A stretch of 64,000 bases of DNA. Source: a virus. Lineage: Duplodnaviria; Caudoviricetes. Below the pieces are notes generated by a model. That model had not been told where the DNA came from. It did not search any database and worked only from the letters and a program-made list of their open reading frames with translations. Position numbers and translations under genes: made by a program. This document shows, in pieces, positions 49,427 through 59,167 of this stretch. The stretch lies in the IMG/VR virus record IMGVR_UViG_3300010163_000012, positions 1-64,000 of that record; one strand, 5' to 3'. Position 1 is the first letter of the stretch. Each line of letters opens with the position of its first letter.

Positions 49427-52400
49427 ATGACCGGACAAACATATCAAGTCAATTACATAGTTAACGTTGACGCAGCCAACGCTCAATCCGCGATAAATTC
49501 ATTTAAGCGTGCTGTTTCGTCAATGGATAAGGCTACGAAACCCATTACTGACTTACAGCGTAAAGTTCGTGGCCTCGTAGATACTATGAGTGCGCTTAAT
49601 CGGGGAAAATACTCGGTAAAGTTAGACACTCGTCCAGCAACTCAAAAGATTGGTAAGCTGATTCGGGCTTTGCAAATGGCCAGAGCCGAAGTACAGCAAT
49701 TAAATGCAATGGGAGTAACTTTAGGCAGCACTGGTAGCAAGAAGAAAACAGCGTCTCATACTGCTACTTCCGCCGCCCCTGTTGGTGGCTCACGTACAAG
49801 AACAACGTCATCACGTTCATCTGGCACGACCACGGCGGCTTCCAGACGTTATGCTACTTCTGTGATGCGACATCCAACCAATCTTGGGTATAAGCTTTGG
49901 GGACCAACGCCGCTTCCTAACAATGGAGGTATGGCCATTGATATGCTCAAAGGTATGGGCATCGCTTATGGTATTTCTGGAGCCGGTATGCTCATTTCTG
50001 ATGTTGTCAACCAAGCTTCGGAGTACGATAATGCGATGAAGACTGTTGAAAATATCTTAAAGTCACACGATAATGCTGAAAATTTTGCTGGCAGATTTGC
50101 ACAAATGACTCAGGTTGTCCGCAATGTTGGTATGAAGACTAAGTTCAAGGTAACGGAAGTTGCTGATGCAGCTAAGTTCCTTGCTATGGCCGGTTTCAAT
50201 GTAGATGCCATCCAGCAAGCCATTAGTCCTATTGCTGATATTGCATTGGTTGGTGATACAGAACTTGGTAAAACCGCTGATTTGGTCACAAATATTATGA
50301 CTGCTTATAATATCGCGCCCAGTAAAATGCGTAATGCAGCAGATATTATGACCAATACATTTACGATGTCCAATACGACTTTGACAGAAATTGCCGAAGC
50401 TTATAAATATGCGGCTTCACTTCTATCTGCTGGTAATGTATCTTTTGAAGAAGCTACGGCTGCTATTGGTGTACTGGGAGATGCTGGTATTAAAGGTTCC
50501 CAAGCTGGTACCACCATGCGTACCATTATGGCAAACATAGCGAATCCAACAAAAAAGCAACGGGCTGGGTGGGAAGATATAGGAATTAGTCTTACAGATA
50601 AAAATGGGCAAAGAAAAGATATACTTCAGATATTTCAGGAACTTCACGATAAGAATCTGGATGTCGATGCTTATTATCGTATTTTCCATAAAACAGCTGC
50701 TTCTGGAGCAGTAGCTCTCGCGGCTCATGCAGATAAATGGGAAGAAGTTTATTTAGAGAACTTCTTGGCTGGAGGTATGACTCGTCGATTAGCCGAAGAA
50801 AAGCAAAATACATTCCAGGGTTTGTTGGCACAGTTGGAGTCTGTATTTATAGACCAAGGAGTGACTGCATTTAATGGTGTACAAGGTGCTTTACGTGGAT
50901 GGATAAAGTCAGCAATCAATTGGATGGATCCAAACAAAAGCCCCGATGCGCAGAAGGTATTCAAAGAAATAGCCAATAGCTTGATGGAGTTCATCCAAAT
51001 TTTAATTGATGCTTCCAAATGGTTCGTTTGGTTTTTTGATAAATTTGGTGGAATCGTTAAAATATGGGCTAAGTTTCAGTTGATGATTTGGCCAGTAGTC
51101 AAGGCTGTAACTGCTTTTAGAAGTGTATTTCTTGGACTTTTAGGGTTAAGAAAGGTTGGCAGCGTACTTATAGGTTTTTCCAGCATTTTGGGCAATCTCA
51201 ACAAAAAATTTCTCGTTTTGGGCGCCACGTTAAGACAAGGAGGATGGTTTAAGCAAGGGATAGGTCGCATAGTAACTTTTCTTGGTAACACGACTCCTGT
51301 AGCAGCACCAGGAAGTGCGTCAAGTGTTATCCAAGCATCTCCATTTGGTTTTTCGGCAGGTATGGCCGGATTCGCTCCGTTGTCATATAAACAATATATC
51401 AAAGCAGCTAAAGGGTTGGATTTGTCCAGACCTCATGCTTCGACCAGTGGCTATTACCTTAATAGAATAGACAATCTTGGAAGAGAGGCTGAAGTAGCTG
51501 CTTGGAACTCCGGTGTATATGCCAATCGACAGGCTGAAGACAAAGCCGCACTTGACCGATATAAGCAGAATCAGAGGACGTTCAATAAGCGTGTTCGTAA
51601 CATGCAAATAAAAAATGGTCTTATCGGTTTTGGTAAAATGGGTATTGGTGCTGCCAGTATGATGCTTGGTATGCACCAGATGACTAAAGAAAATGCAAAT
51701 AGCTTGGATGTCGCCTCAGGTGGGCTTTTCGGTGCAGCTGGAATGGCTGCAATGGTCGGAGGCCCAGTTGGATGGATAGCTGCTGCTGGTTTAGCCTTGG
51801 GTGGATTGGGAACTGCTTTAGGTAGCTTTATACAAAATCTCAATGCACTTTCAGGATTTGTTGATAAATTCTCAAGTAGTCATCAGCTCCTTGATGGCGT
51901 TCTTTTGAATGGGAATACTCGTACAGAGCGTTACCTTGAGTTTGTATGGCGTAAGAACTACGATATAAATGGCCTCATTCACCGTCGTATCGAGCTGATG
52001 AAGGAGCTTCTTGGTATTGAGACGCCAAATGCTACTACTACAAAAGATGTAGGTAATGAAGTGTATAAAACTATGTATGAAAAGTTTTATGCAGCTGATT
52101 CCATCTGGGGTAGTAGTGGTGCTGCATCTCGTGCCGCAGAACTCTTTAATAAATATGGGAAAGAATTTGGTTTGTCTATTGACAATCATCAAGAAATATA
52201 TAGCTATGATTCGCATGGCAACCCAATCACTCGTAGTTATTGGGCATATAAAGACGCTGATGGGAATATAATTAAGTTCAATAATCCTGATGGTACATCA
52301 GATACCAATGATGCTGTAATGTATGACGTTGCCGCTGCAATGGAGATGTTGCATGGCCAATATCGTTCTAAGATTATTGATGAAAATCAGCATCGTTTAG

Positions 52401-53734
52401 CTCAAATTCTTTACGGCAAAGCAACTGCCGAAGACGCTAAGAATTGGCGCGACACATTTGCTGCCACATACGGCCCCTCTTCATGGGCGGCTTTAATTCG
52501 TCCAGACCAATGGAATGAAGATACAGATGTCGCTAAATACTGGTCAGGAGAAGATATAGCCAAATCATACATGGGTGCTCAACTTCTTTGGAAGTCTATG
52601 TACCAAATGGTTGAAGCTCAAAATGCTATAGCAGATTTCAAGGCGAAGATGGAATCTGGAAATCTCACTGAGAACGATATTGTAAGAGCCCTTAGATGGG
52701 GCGACTATGATATTCTCGGACAGACACTTGCCGATTATAATCCGAATGACATTTACGGGTGGTATCGTAATCTTGGATATTATGGAAATGGTGTTTGGAG
52801 AGATCCATCAGGCCGTGAGACCCCGGAAGTTATGGCTCAGACCGCAGCCGGACAAATGCAGCGTTTGTTGGAATCCATACAAAAGTTAGGATTAGAGTCT
52901 GATCCTTCCGCCGAAGCACTTCAGACATACGCAAACACTCTTTTGACCCTCGCCCAGTCATTTATCGGTCAGAATGAGGCAATATCCGGTGCGTATGAAG
53001 GTGAAATAAAAGAACTTAATGGTCAGAAATGGCGTTGGAACGCAAAAACAAAATCATGGGAGTTGATAGACGACAATAATCAGCCTGCCCAGATTTCGCA
53101 AGGTTTGGTCGATATGTCAAACAATATGAATACATTGTTGACCACTCTCCAAAACGCCAATGAGCAGTGGCCTACTTTATGGCCGGTAGTATCTCAGGAC
53201 AGCAATGGGTCTGGATATATATATAATTCGAGTAGCCCGTTTGATTGGGGTGCTTCTACTGGAAGTGGACCGGTTACAACAAATGCAATGTTATGGAATC
53301 CATTATCAGTGTCTTCTACCGGAAATAATTCTCCTTGGATGTTTCCGTGGGCAACCGGGAAGAATTTATTAACTCCAACCATGAATTACACTACTACTGG
53401 TGTAACAATGACGCCTCAGCAGATGGGCAATGCCGTTGTAAAACCTAATACGACAGGCGTGCATGCTCCGACCAAAAACAATCATAACAGATACACGGGT
53501 AATAATAGGCATAATGGTACAAGAACATCTGATTACAAGTCTCATCAAAGGGAACGTGCAATTCCTAAACAGATCAACATCAATATTCAAAATTTGATGA
53601 AGGTAGATTCAATTGATTTGACCAACGCCGATAACGTTGCCATAATTGATAGAATGAAACGTGAAGTTGCCTATGCACTCTATGAAGCCGCTGCTGACGG
53701 CACCATGATGCTGAATGGCCTTTCAAATACATAA
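49427..53734 (+). CDS. Tail tape measure protein (TP901-type core)
   Basis: 1435 aa; FLAMAGF, AGIKGSQAGT motifs. Confidence 0.9.
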   Translation: MTGQTYQVNYIVNVDAANAQSAINSFKRAVSSMDKATKPITDLQRKVRGLVDTMSALNRGKYSVKLDTRPATQKIGKLIRALQMARAEVQQLNAMGVTLGSTGSKKKTASHTATSAAPVGGSRTRTTSSRSSGTTTAASRRYATSVMRHPTNLGYKLWGPTPLPNNGGMAIDMLKGMGIAYGISGAGMLISDVVNQASEYDNAMKTVENILKSHDNAENFAGRFAQMTQVVRNVGMKTKFKVTEVADAAKFLAMAGFNVDAIQQAISPIADIALVGDTELGKTADLVTNIMTAYNIAPSKMRNAADIMTNTFTMSNTTLTEIAEAYKYAASLLSAGNVSFEEATAAIGVLGDAGIKGSQAGTTMRTIMANIANPTKKQRAGWEDIGISLTDKNGQRKDILQIFQELHDKNLDVDAYYRIFHKTAASGAVALAAHADKWEEVYLENFLAGGMTRRLAEEKQNTFQGLLAQLESVFIDQGVTAFNGVQGALRGWIKSAINWMDPNKSPDAQKVFKEIANSLMEFIQILIDASKWFVWFFDKFGGIVKIWAKFQLMIWPVVKAVTAFRSVFLGLLGLRKVGSVLIGFSSILGNLNKKFLVLGATLRQGGWFKQGIGRIVTFLGNTTPVAAPGSASSVIQASPFGFSAGMAGFAPLSYKQYIKAAKGLDLSRPHASTSGYYLNRIDNLGREAEVAAWNSGVYANRQAEDKAALDRYKQNQRTFNKRVRNMQIKNGLIGFGKMGIGAASMMLGMHQMTKENANSLDVASGGLFGAAGMAAMVGGPVGWIAAAGLALGGLGTALGSFIQNLNALSGFVDKFSSSHQLLDGVLLNGNTRTERYLEFVWRKNYDINGLIHRRIELMKELLGIETPNATTTKDVGNEVYKTMYEKFYAADSIWGSSGAASRAAELFNKYGKEFGLSIDNHQEIYSYDSHGNPITRSYWAYKDADGNIIKFNNPDGTSDTNDAVMYDVAAAMEMLHGQYRSKIIDENQHRLAQILYGKATAEDAKNWRDTFAATYGPSSWAALIRPDQWNEDTDVAKYWSGEDIAKSYMGAQLLWKSMYQMVEAQNAIADFKAKMESGNLTENDIVRALRWGDYDILGQTLADYNPNDIYGWYRNLGYYGNGVWRDPSGRETPEVMAQTAAGQMQRLLESIQKLGLESDPSAEALQTYANTLLTLAQSFIGQNEAISGAYEGEIKELNGQKWRWNAKTKSWELIDDNNQPAQISQGLVDMSNNMNTLLTTLQNANEQWPTLWPVVSQDSNGSGYIYNSSSPFDWGASTGSGPVTTNAMLWNPLSVSSTGNNSPWMFPWATGKNLLTPTMNYTTTGVTMTPQQMGNAVVKPNTTGVHAPTKNNHNRYTGNNRHNGTRTSDYKSHQRERAIPKQININIQNLMKVDSIDLTNADNVAIIDRMKREVAYALYEAAADGTMMLNGLSNT

Positions 53735-53737
53735 TAT

Positions 53738-54853
53738 ATGGGGTACTTTGATAGTGTATGGTCTAATCTTGCTTTTAATGCAGGAAATGCGACCTCTGAA
53801 TTGGTAAGCAGCCTTAATTGGCGTTATCAGAAAACACAAGGCGGCATTAAATATGTTTCCAGATCCGCGTATAAAAGTGCTTTGGTTCATGTAGCCAAAC
53901 AGCTTGCCATGTCAACCTTAGAGGGGGAATTGAATAGTCTTCTTCCAAGATATGAAAAGTATGCACGAGATAAGATGAGAGATACGGTGCGTGTTCAGCA
54001 AGACGCCAATCGTAAAGTGCTTATCAATAATGGCAAAAAGTCCACAGAGGGTTTCGGGTTTATTATATGCGAAGGTGGTCATAAACTTATCGCTAAAACC
54101 AAATATGGGACTCCAGTTCCTGAAGCTCTCATATTGTCTTTCGATGACCAAGAAAAAGTACATTATGATGATGTGCTTTGGGATGAAAACTCGGTAGAAT
54201 CTTATACCATTAAGAAGAAAAGTACACTTGAAAAACTGTGGAATCCTGGTAACGAAATTGAGCACAATCTTCAGTCTCATAAAGCAGACCCTTTTGATAC
54301 AAAGACAGTATTCCATATTGACCTTGCGCCAAAGGTGTCAATGAGCAGTGGTAAAAATATCATTTTGACTCAAGTACAAGGCAGAGATTTTACCAGAAAA
54401 GAGCTTGTTTCTGGCGGCGATATGACATATAACATAAGTGGTTCTATTGTATCAGACGATGAAGGCGTGTACCCCACTGAAGCGGTTAAACGCTTTGTAA
54501 AAATCATGCAATACAATGGGATTGTGAATGTGAATTTTATCACATTCGGATTGCTTGGTGTAACTCGTGTGATTATTAAAGATTTCTCGTTGGATGCTAT
54601 AGAATACAAAAACATTCAACCTTATAGCTTTACGTGCGTTGCAGTTGAACCTGATGACGCTATCACTATCAAGGCTGATACAATTGCTGCAATCAATAGA
54701 GACCTTGCTGAATCCCAATGGGACACTTGGTATAAGGCCATTCTTGACAATAAATTGGCCCAAATGGCAGCTAAGACTGTTTTGAATGTCGCTACCAGTA
54801 CAACATCCTCATTAACCGGTGCCGGTCTCGACGCATTACTTCCTAATATCTAA
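53738..54853 (+). CDS. Baseplate/tail-tube initiator-like protein
   Basis: Follows the tape measure gene; TQVQGRDFTRKELVSGGD. Confidence 0.55.
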   Translation: MGYFDSVWSNLAFNAGNATSELVSSLNWRYQKTQGGIKYVSRSAYKSALVHVAKQLAMSTLEGELNSLLPRYEKYARDKMRDTVRVQQDANRKVLINNGKKSTEGFGFIICEGGHKLIAKTKYGTPVPEALILSFDDQEKVHYDDVLWDENSVESYTIKKKSTLEKLWNPGNEIEHNLQSHKADPFDTKTVFHIDLAPKVSMSSGKNIILTQVQGRDFTRKELVSGGDMTYNISGSIVSDDEGVYPTEAVKRFVKIMQYNGIVNVNFITFGLLGVTRVIIKDFSLDAIEYKNIQPYSFTCVAVEPDDAITIKADTIAAINRDLAESQWDTWYKAILDNKLAQMAAKTVLNVATSTTSSLTGAGLDALLPNI

Positions 54854-54857
54854 AATT

Positions 54858-56351
54858 ATGGCGGATTTCGATACAAATAAACAACCTGGCTATCACATCC
54901 TAATTTCTTTAATTGAGGTATGGACACCGAAAGATAAGAAAAAGCCCAATGGTGAGGCTAACGGAGATATTATGCGTATTTGTGAAGTTGAGGAGGTGCA
55001 AATTGAGGAATCATTCAAGAAACTGATCGGCACTGCTTCGGTGCGATTTCCGCGAGGTACCATTATTCGCAAGACCGTCACTGCCAGAACAGCGGAGAAG
55101 GAGAAAGACTTTCAGAAAATTAGCGTTAGCCTTTCAAATAGTGGTGTGGTTGAAGAAACTCGCACGGAAACTTCAGTAGCATCTGTTGATACTTTCAAAG
55201 TGGGACAGCGTATCAAGATTTATCTTGGATACACTACGGACCCGCTTGTAGCAGAAATGGCTAAAACTGGGAACACCGGTAAAACCATTTATAATGATAA
55301 CGACACCTACAAAGAGTATTTATCTAACTTCAAGAACACTGGTCCGGACTCAAAGAAGTATATGAGCCTCATGTTTGATGGGTATATTACAAAAGTTAGT
55401 TTGGACACCCCTATTGAACTGGATTGTGAAAACCTTGCCAGTTATCTGAAGACAATCACTTGTCCGAAAGTCAAGTTAAAAAAATGTGAAGTTAAAGATT
55501 TTCTGGGCGACAAGGGACGATACAAGATGCTTCAGAATACCGGATTGATTTTACATCCAGATACAGCTGGTATGGACTTTGATCTTGGAGCTGTAGAGTT
55601 AAGCACAGAGCTGACTGTTGCTGATGTTTTAACAGAATGGGCAAAATATGGCTTATTTTGTTATGTCAGCGATTACAATGGTCAACCAGCAATTCAGATT
55701 GGAAGGGCTTACTTTTCTAATCCAGGGAAAGACTCGTTGCTGAACGCTACCACAACCCCAGGTGTGGTGCCTATTCATTTTGATTATCATGTAGCGGACA
55801 ATGGACTCACATTAACATCCTCCGATAAAGATTTTTTGGCTGTTCAGGCAAAGGGTATATCATCAGATGATAAGTTTATCAACATTACCATATTGAGAAA
55901 TACCAAATATGACCCGGCAAAGCCTGAGTCTAAGAGCAATTCGCGTTATCGATATGTCAATGAAACTAAGCTGAGCAAGAAAGCTTTGAAAGCCGGTAAG
56001 CGATATTTAACAGACGCCCCTAATGATAAAGTTGACATGAAACTTTACACTCAAATTGCTTTTGTATCTAAAACTATTCCAACCACTATTGAGAAGTTGG
56101 CAAAAGAAGCGATTAAGTATTTTGAAGGTTACAATATGACTGGTATAGAGGGTACATTAACATTGTTTGGCGATTTATGTATTCGTACCGCCCAACAAGT
56201 TAAGTTGATTGACAATAGATACCCTGGAAAGAATGGCACTTACTTAGTTGAAGAAGTCACCACGACTTTTGGCACAAAGGATGGGTTCCGTCAAAAAATC
56301 ACATTGCCGTATTGTATTAAGCGAGAAGGCAATAATAATCAGAAGCAATAA
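54858..56351 (+). CDS. Baseplate hub protein (gpD/gp27-like)
   Basis: FDGYIT, GTLTLFG, GTYLVEEVTTTFG patterns; ATG at 54858. Confidence 0.65.
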   Translation: MADFDTNKQPGYHILISLIEVWTPKDKKKPNGEANGDIMRICEVEEVQIEESFKKLIGTASVRFPRGTIIRKTVTARTAEKEKDFQKISVSLSNSGVVEETRTETSVASVDTFKVGQRIKIYLGYTTDPLVAEMAKTGNTGKTIYNDNDTYKEYLSNFKNTGPDSKKYMSLMFDGYITKVSLDTPIELDCENLASYLKTITCPKVKLKKCEVKDFLGDKGRYKMLQNTGLILHPDTAGMDFDLGAVELSTELTVADVLTEWAKYGLFCYVSDYNGQPAIQIGRAYFSNPGKDSLLNATTTPGVVPIHFDYHVADNGLTLTSSDKDFLAVQAKGISSDDKFINITILRNTKYDPAKPESKSNSRYRYVNETKLSKKALKAGKRYLTDAPNDKVDMKLYTQIAFVSKTIPTTIEKLAKEAIKYFEGYNMTGIEGTLTLFGDLCIRTAQQVKLIDNRYPGKNGTYLVEEVTTTFGTKDGFRQKITLPYCIKREGNNNQKQ

Positions 56352-56353
56352 CT

Positions 56354-57331
56354 ATGAGCAACAATAATAAAAAGCATTTGACAGACCATTCATCAAATGA
56401 GATGATACGCGAAGCTATACGTTCTATAGCCTTGAAGGGTATTGTCAATCGTCAAACTGGTGCTGTTAGAGGTACTTCTAAAGTAACAGGGTTCGTTGCT
56501 AAAATACACACCGATGAAAGCGATGAACTATTTGGAACGATAGATGTACAAGAATATGCAGATTGGTCTATTGCAGAGTCCGAGGATGCAAAAATAGGTT
56601 ATCACGAGGGAGTGCTATTGACAGCCATTCAGAAAGACAATCAAGGATATATTATTATTCCCAAACTGTACTCTGATGTACTTGTTAGTAAAGACTCTGA
56701 GACCAACAATGAATATGTTACCATGTTCTCTCATGTTGACCTTATTCAGCTTGATTCGCATGAAAAGATTTCGATTGGCGTTAGAGAACGCGAGGAATAC
56801 AAGCCTGATGATGAAGACGCTCCTGATATTCATGAATTGGAATTGACCGGCATCCAGACAAATACTACATACGAAAAAGACAAAATTCAAACCACTGTAC
56901 AAGGTGAAGAAGACAAGAATAAGGTTTCCCAGACAATTGATAGCACTCAGATAGCTCAGGTTGTAGGAGATGATAAAACATCTTCAACTATGACTCAGGA
57001 TGGATTGAATATCACACACGATAAAACGAAGCTTGACTTAAATGACGATGAAGCTACTTTGACTATGGGTAAATCGAAAGTCAAGGTAGAAGACGGCACT
57101 GTTTACGTGGGCAGTGATAGTGAAACGGATGATGCGGTGCTTGGTCAGCAGTTAGCAACTATTTTATCAGACCTTGTGGGCTATCTTGGACAAATGATGA
57201 CTCCGACAATGATGGGGCCGCAACCTCCGGCAAACGTTCTTGGGAGTTTTATTGCACTGAAGGCTAAGATCCAATCGTTTGCTTCCAGTCATAGTGGGTT
57301 CTTAACAAAGAAAGTTCAAATTCAGAAATAG
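56354..57331 (+). CDS. Baseplate spike protein (gpV/gp5-like)
   Basis: OB-like N-terminus, beta-repeat middle, AVLG...TMMGP C-terminus. Confidence 0.55.
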   Translation: MSNNNKKHLTDHSSNEMIREAIRSIALKGIVNRQTGAVRGTSKVTGFVAKIHTDESDELFGTIDVQEYADWSIAESEDAKIGYHEGVLLTAIQKDNQGYIIIPKLYSDVLVSKDSETNNEYVTMFSHVDLIQLDSHEKISIGVREREEYKPDDEDAPDIHELELTGIQTNTTYEKDKIQTTVQGEEDKNKVSQTIDSTQIAQVVGDDKTSSTMTQDGLNITHDKTKLDLNDDEATLTMGKSKVKVEDGTVYVGSDSETDDAVLGQQLATILSDLVGYLGQMMTPTMMGPQPPANVLGSFIALKAKIQSFASSHSGFLTKKVQIQK

Positions 57332-57333
57332 TT

Positions 57334-59166
57334 ATGGCAGACGCACAGCTCAATTTTAATGAGGAAGAACTTGATAAAGCAAGTGATTTGTATCATTTGT
57401 ATGACAGGCTTTATCAAGGGATGGTAAAGGCAAATGAGATTGCTCCTCCATCTTTTCCGTCTTCAGAAGATTTATTGGTTTTAGATGGCGATGGTAATCC
57501 AGTGTTTGATGCGAATGGAGAGCCTGTGCTTGACCAAAATAAAAAGGCAGAAGTAGATAAGGTAGCATCAAGTTATTCTACAATTCTGATGAAGAACTCG
57601 GCATACCTTTTTGCTAACTCTATTTTATCCGTTATTAGCGGCGATGGTGATGGTGGTGATGGCTCTGGTACCACAGGTTTTGTATCTCGTGCTGGCGATT
57701 CAATGAAGGGCGCACTATCCGCATGGTATGGGTTTGATGCTGGAGTAAACGGGCAAAAAATCTTTGAGGTATCAATTGATGCGGATGAGAAGAAATGGGC
57801 TATTGTTCATGGAGGCTTGCAAGTCGAAGGCGATGCTTATGTTGCCGGTGTGCTGAATTTTGGAAACGGTATTGCGTTTGACGGAAATAAAACAATTTAT
57901 TTGGATAATGGATCGCTTGTTATAGAACATCAAAGCATATCTATGAAAGGTGATGTTGTAATTGACGGCACTTTCAAATTGGGAGACATTATCATCAATA
58001 AAGCTGGCATTTTCTGGGACAAATACGAGTTCTATCATTCCGGTAACTCTAATAAATCTGATGTGGACTGGACTATGAAAGATGCTAATGTGCATGGTAG
58101 TCTTTCAGTCAAGCAAAATGCGTCAATAGATGGTACACTTGCTGTTGATGGCGGTTTCTCTTTGGGAGCTATACAGAAGAAATTGCTTTACTCCGAAACA
58201 ATAGATCAAATCGAAGAAAATGGTAGTGTGACTTCAATAGCCCGTACTGTTCTTGATTCTGATTTGCGTATCATTAATGGTCATGGTATTAAATTCGATG
58301 AGGACTATATCATTAATGTGCGTAATAGCCAAGTAGTGTCGTTTTCTGCTCCTGGAATGATAATGAACCTTGGGGACAGTGATAACGGCAAACAGACCAG
58401 TAAAATATCGTTGCAGTCTGATATTTGGGATTATTCCAACAACTTCAAGCTCGTTTCTAAAGAAGGCGCTGGAAACTTTATAAATGGATTGAGAGCACAG
58501 TGCGCAGTGAATGGTTCTTCGGTATTGGAAACATTCCGCACTGATGCTGATAATTTGGGCGTTTTATTCCCTAAGCAGATTCGTTTCGGTACCATCGAGG
58601 GACCGGCAATTTATCAAGATGCTACTACTGGTAAATTAAACATCCAGATGCCTTATGTTAATGGTGAGGTAGAAGGACATCCGACAGAGCAATTAAAGTT
58701 TAATACGTTCTTCGCTCAGACAACTTCTCCGTTTAGAAACAAGGCGTTAGACTGGTCAGCGACACTTCATTTTGATACTGATGGAGAGTTTTTCTCTTTT
58801 GACAAGCCGATAGAGGCAGATTATTTTGCAATAAAAAGCGATCAATATCACACCCGACTAATTGAAGACGCTCTATTCTTTGATGACGGAAAGTTCATTG
58901 AAGGCATAACCGATGGCTTGCGATACGCGGGCAATGGGTACTTTGATGGTAACATTTCATCGCCAAGCTTTGCCAGTGGCTTTGCCGGGTATGGTTGGGC
59001 TGTGAAAGATGAAATGACCAACGGAGGCTTCCACGCTACTTTCGACTCACTCACAGTCCGTAAAAAGATGAGAGTGTATGAGCTTGAAGTTCAGAAAATA
59101 TCAGTAACTAACGGATCTCTATGGGTAAGTGATTATTGCTCAGGAGACGAAGCGATAAAATTATAG
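57334..59166 (+). CDS. Tail/baseplate structural protein
   Basis: Gly-rich beta repeats; FASGFAGYGW...LTVRKKMRVYEL motif. Confidence 0.55.
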   Translation: MADAQLNFNEEELDKASDLYHLYDRLYQGMVKANEIAPPSFPSSEDLLVLDGDGNPVFDANGEPVLDQNKKAEVDKVASSYSTILMKNSAYLFANSILSVISGDGDGGDGSGTTGFVSRAGDSMKGALSAWYGFDAGVNGQKIFEVSIDADEKKWAIVHGGLQVEGDAYVAGVLNFGNGIAFDGNKTIYLDNGSLVIEHQSISMKGDVVIDGTFKLGDIIINKAGIFWDKYEFYHSGNSNKSDVDWTMKDANVHGSLSVKQNASIDGTLAVDGGFSLGAIQKKLLYSETIDQIEENGSVTSIARTVLDSDLRIINGHGIKFDEDYIINVRNSQVVSFSAPGMIMNLGDSDNGKQTSKISLQSDIWDYSNNFKLVSKEGAGNFINGLRAQCAVNGSSVLETFRTDADNLGVLFPKQIRFGTIEGPAIYQDATTGKLNIQMPYVNGEVEGHPTEQLKFNTFFAQTTSPFRNKALDWSATLHFDTDGEFFSFDKPIEADYFAIKSDQYHTRLIEDALFFDDGKFIEGITDGLRYAGNGYFDGNISSPSFASGFAGYGWAVKDEMTNGGFHATFDSLTVRKKMRVYELEVQKISVTNGSLWVSDYCSGDEAIKL

Positions 59167-59167
59167 T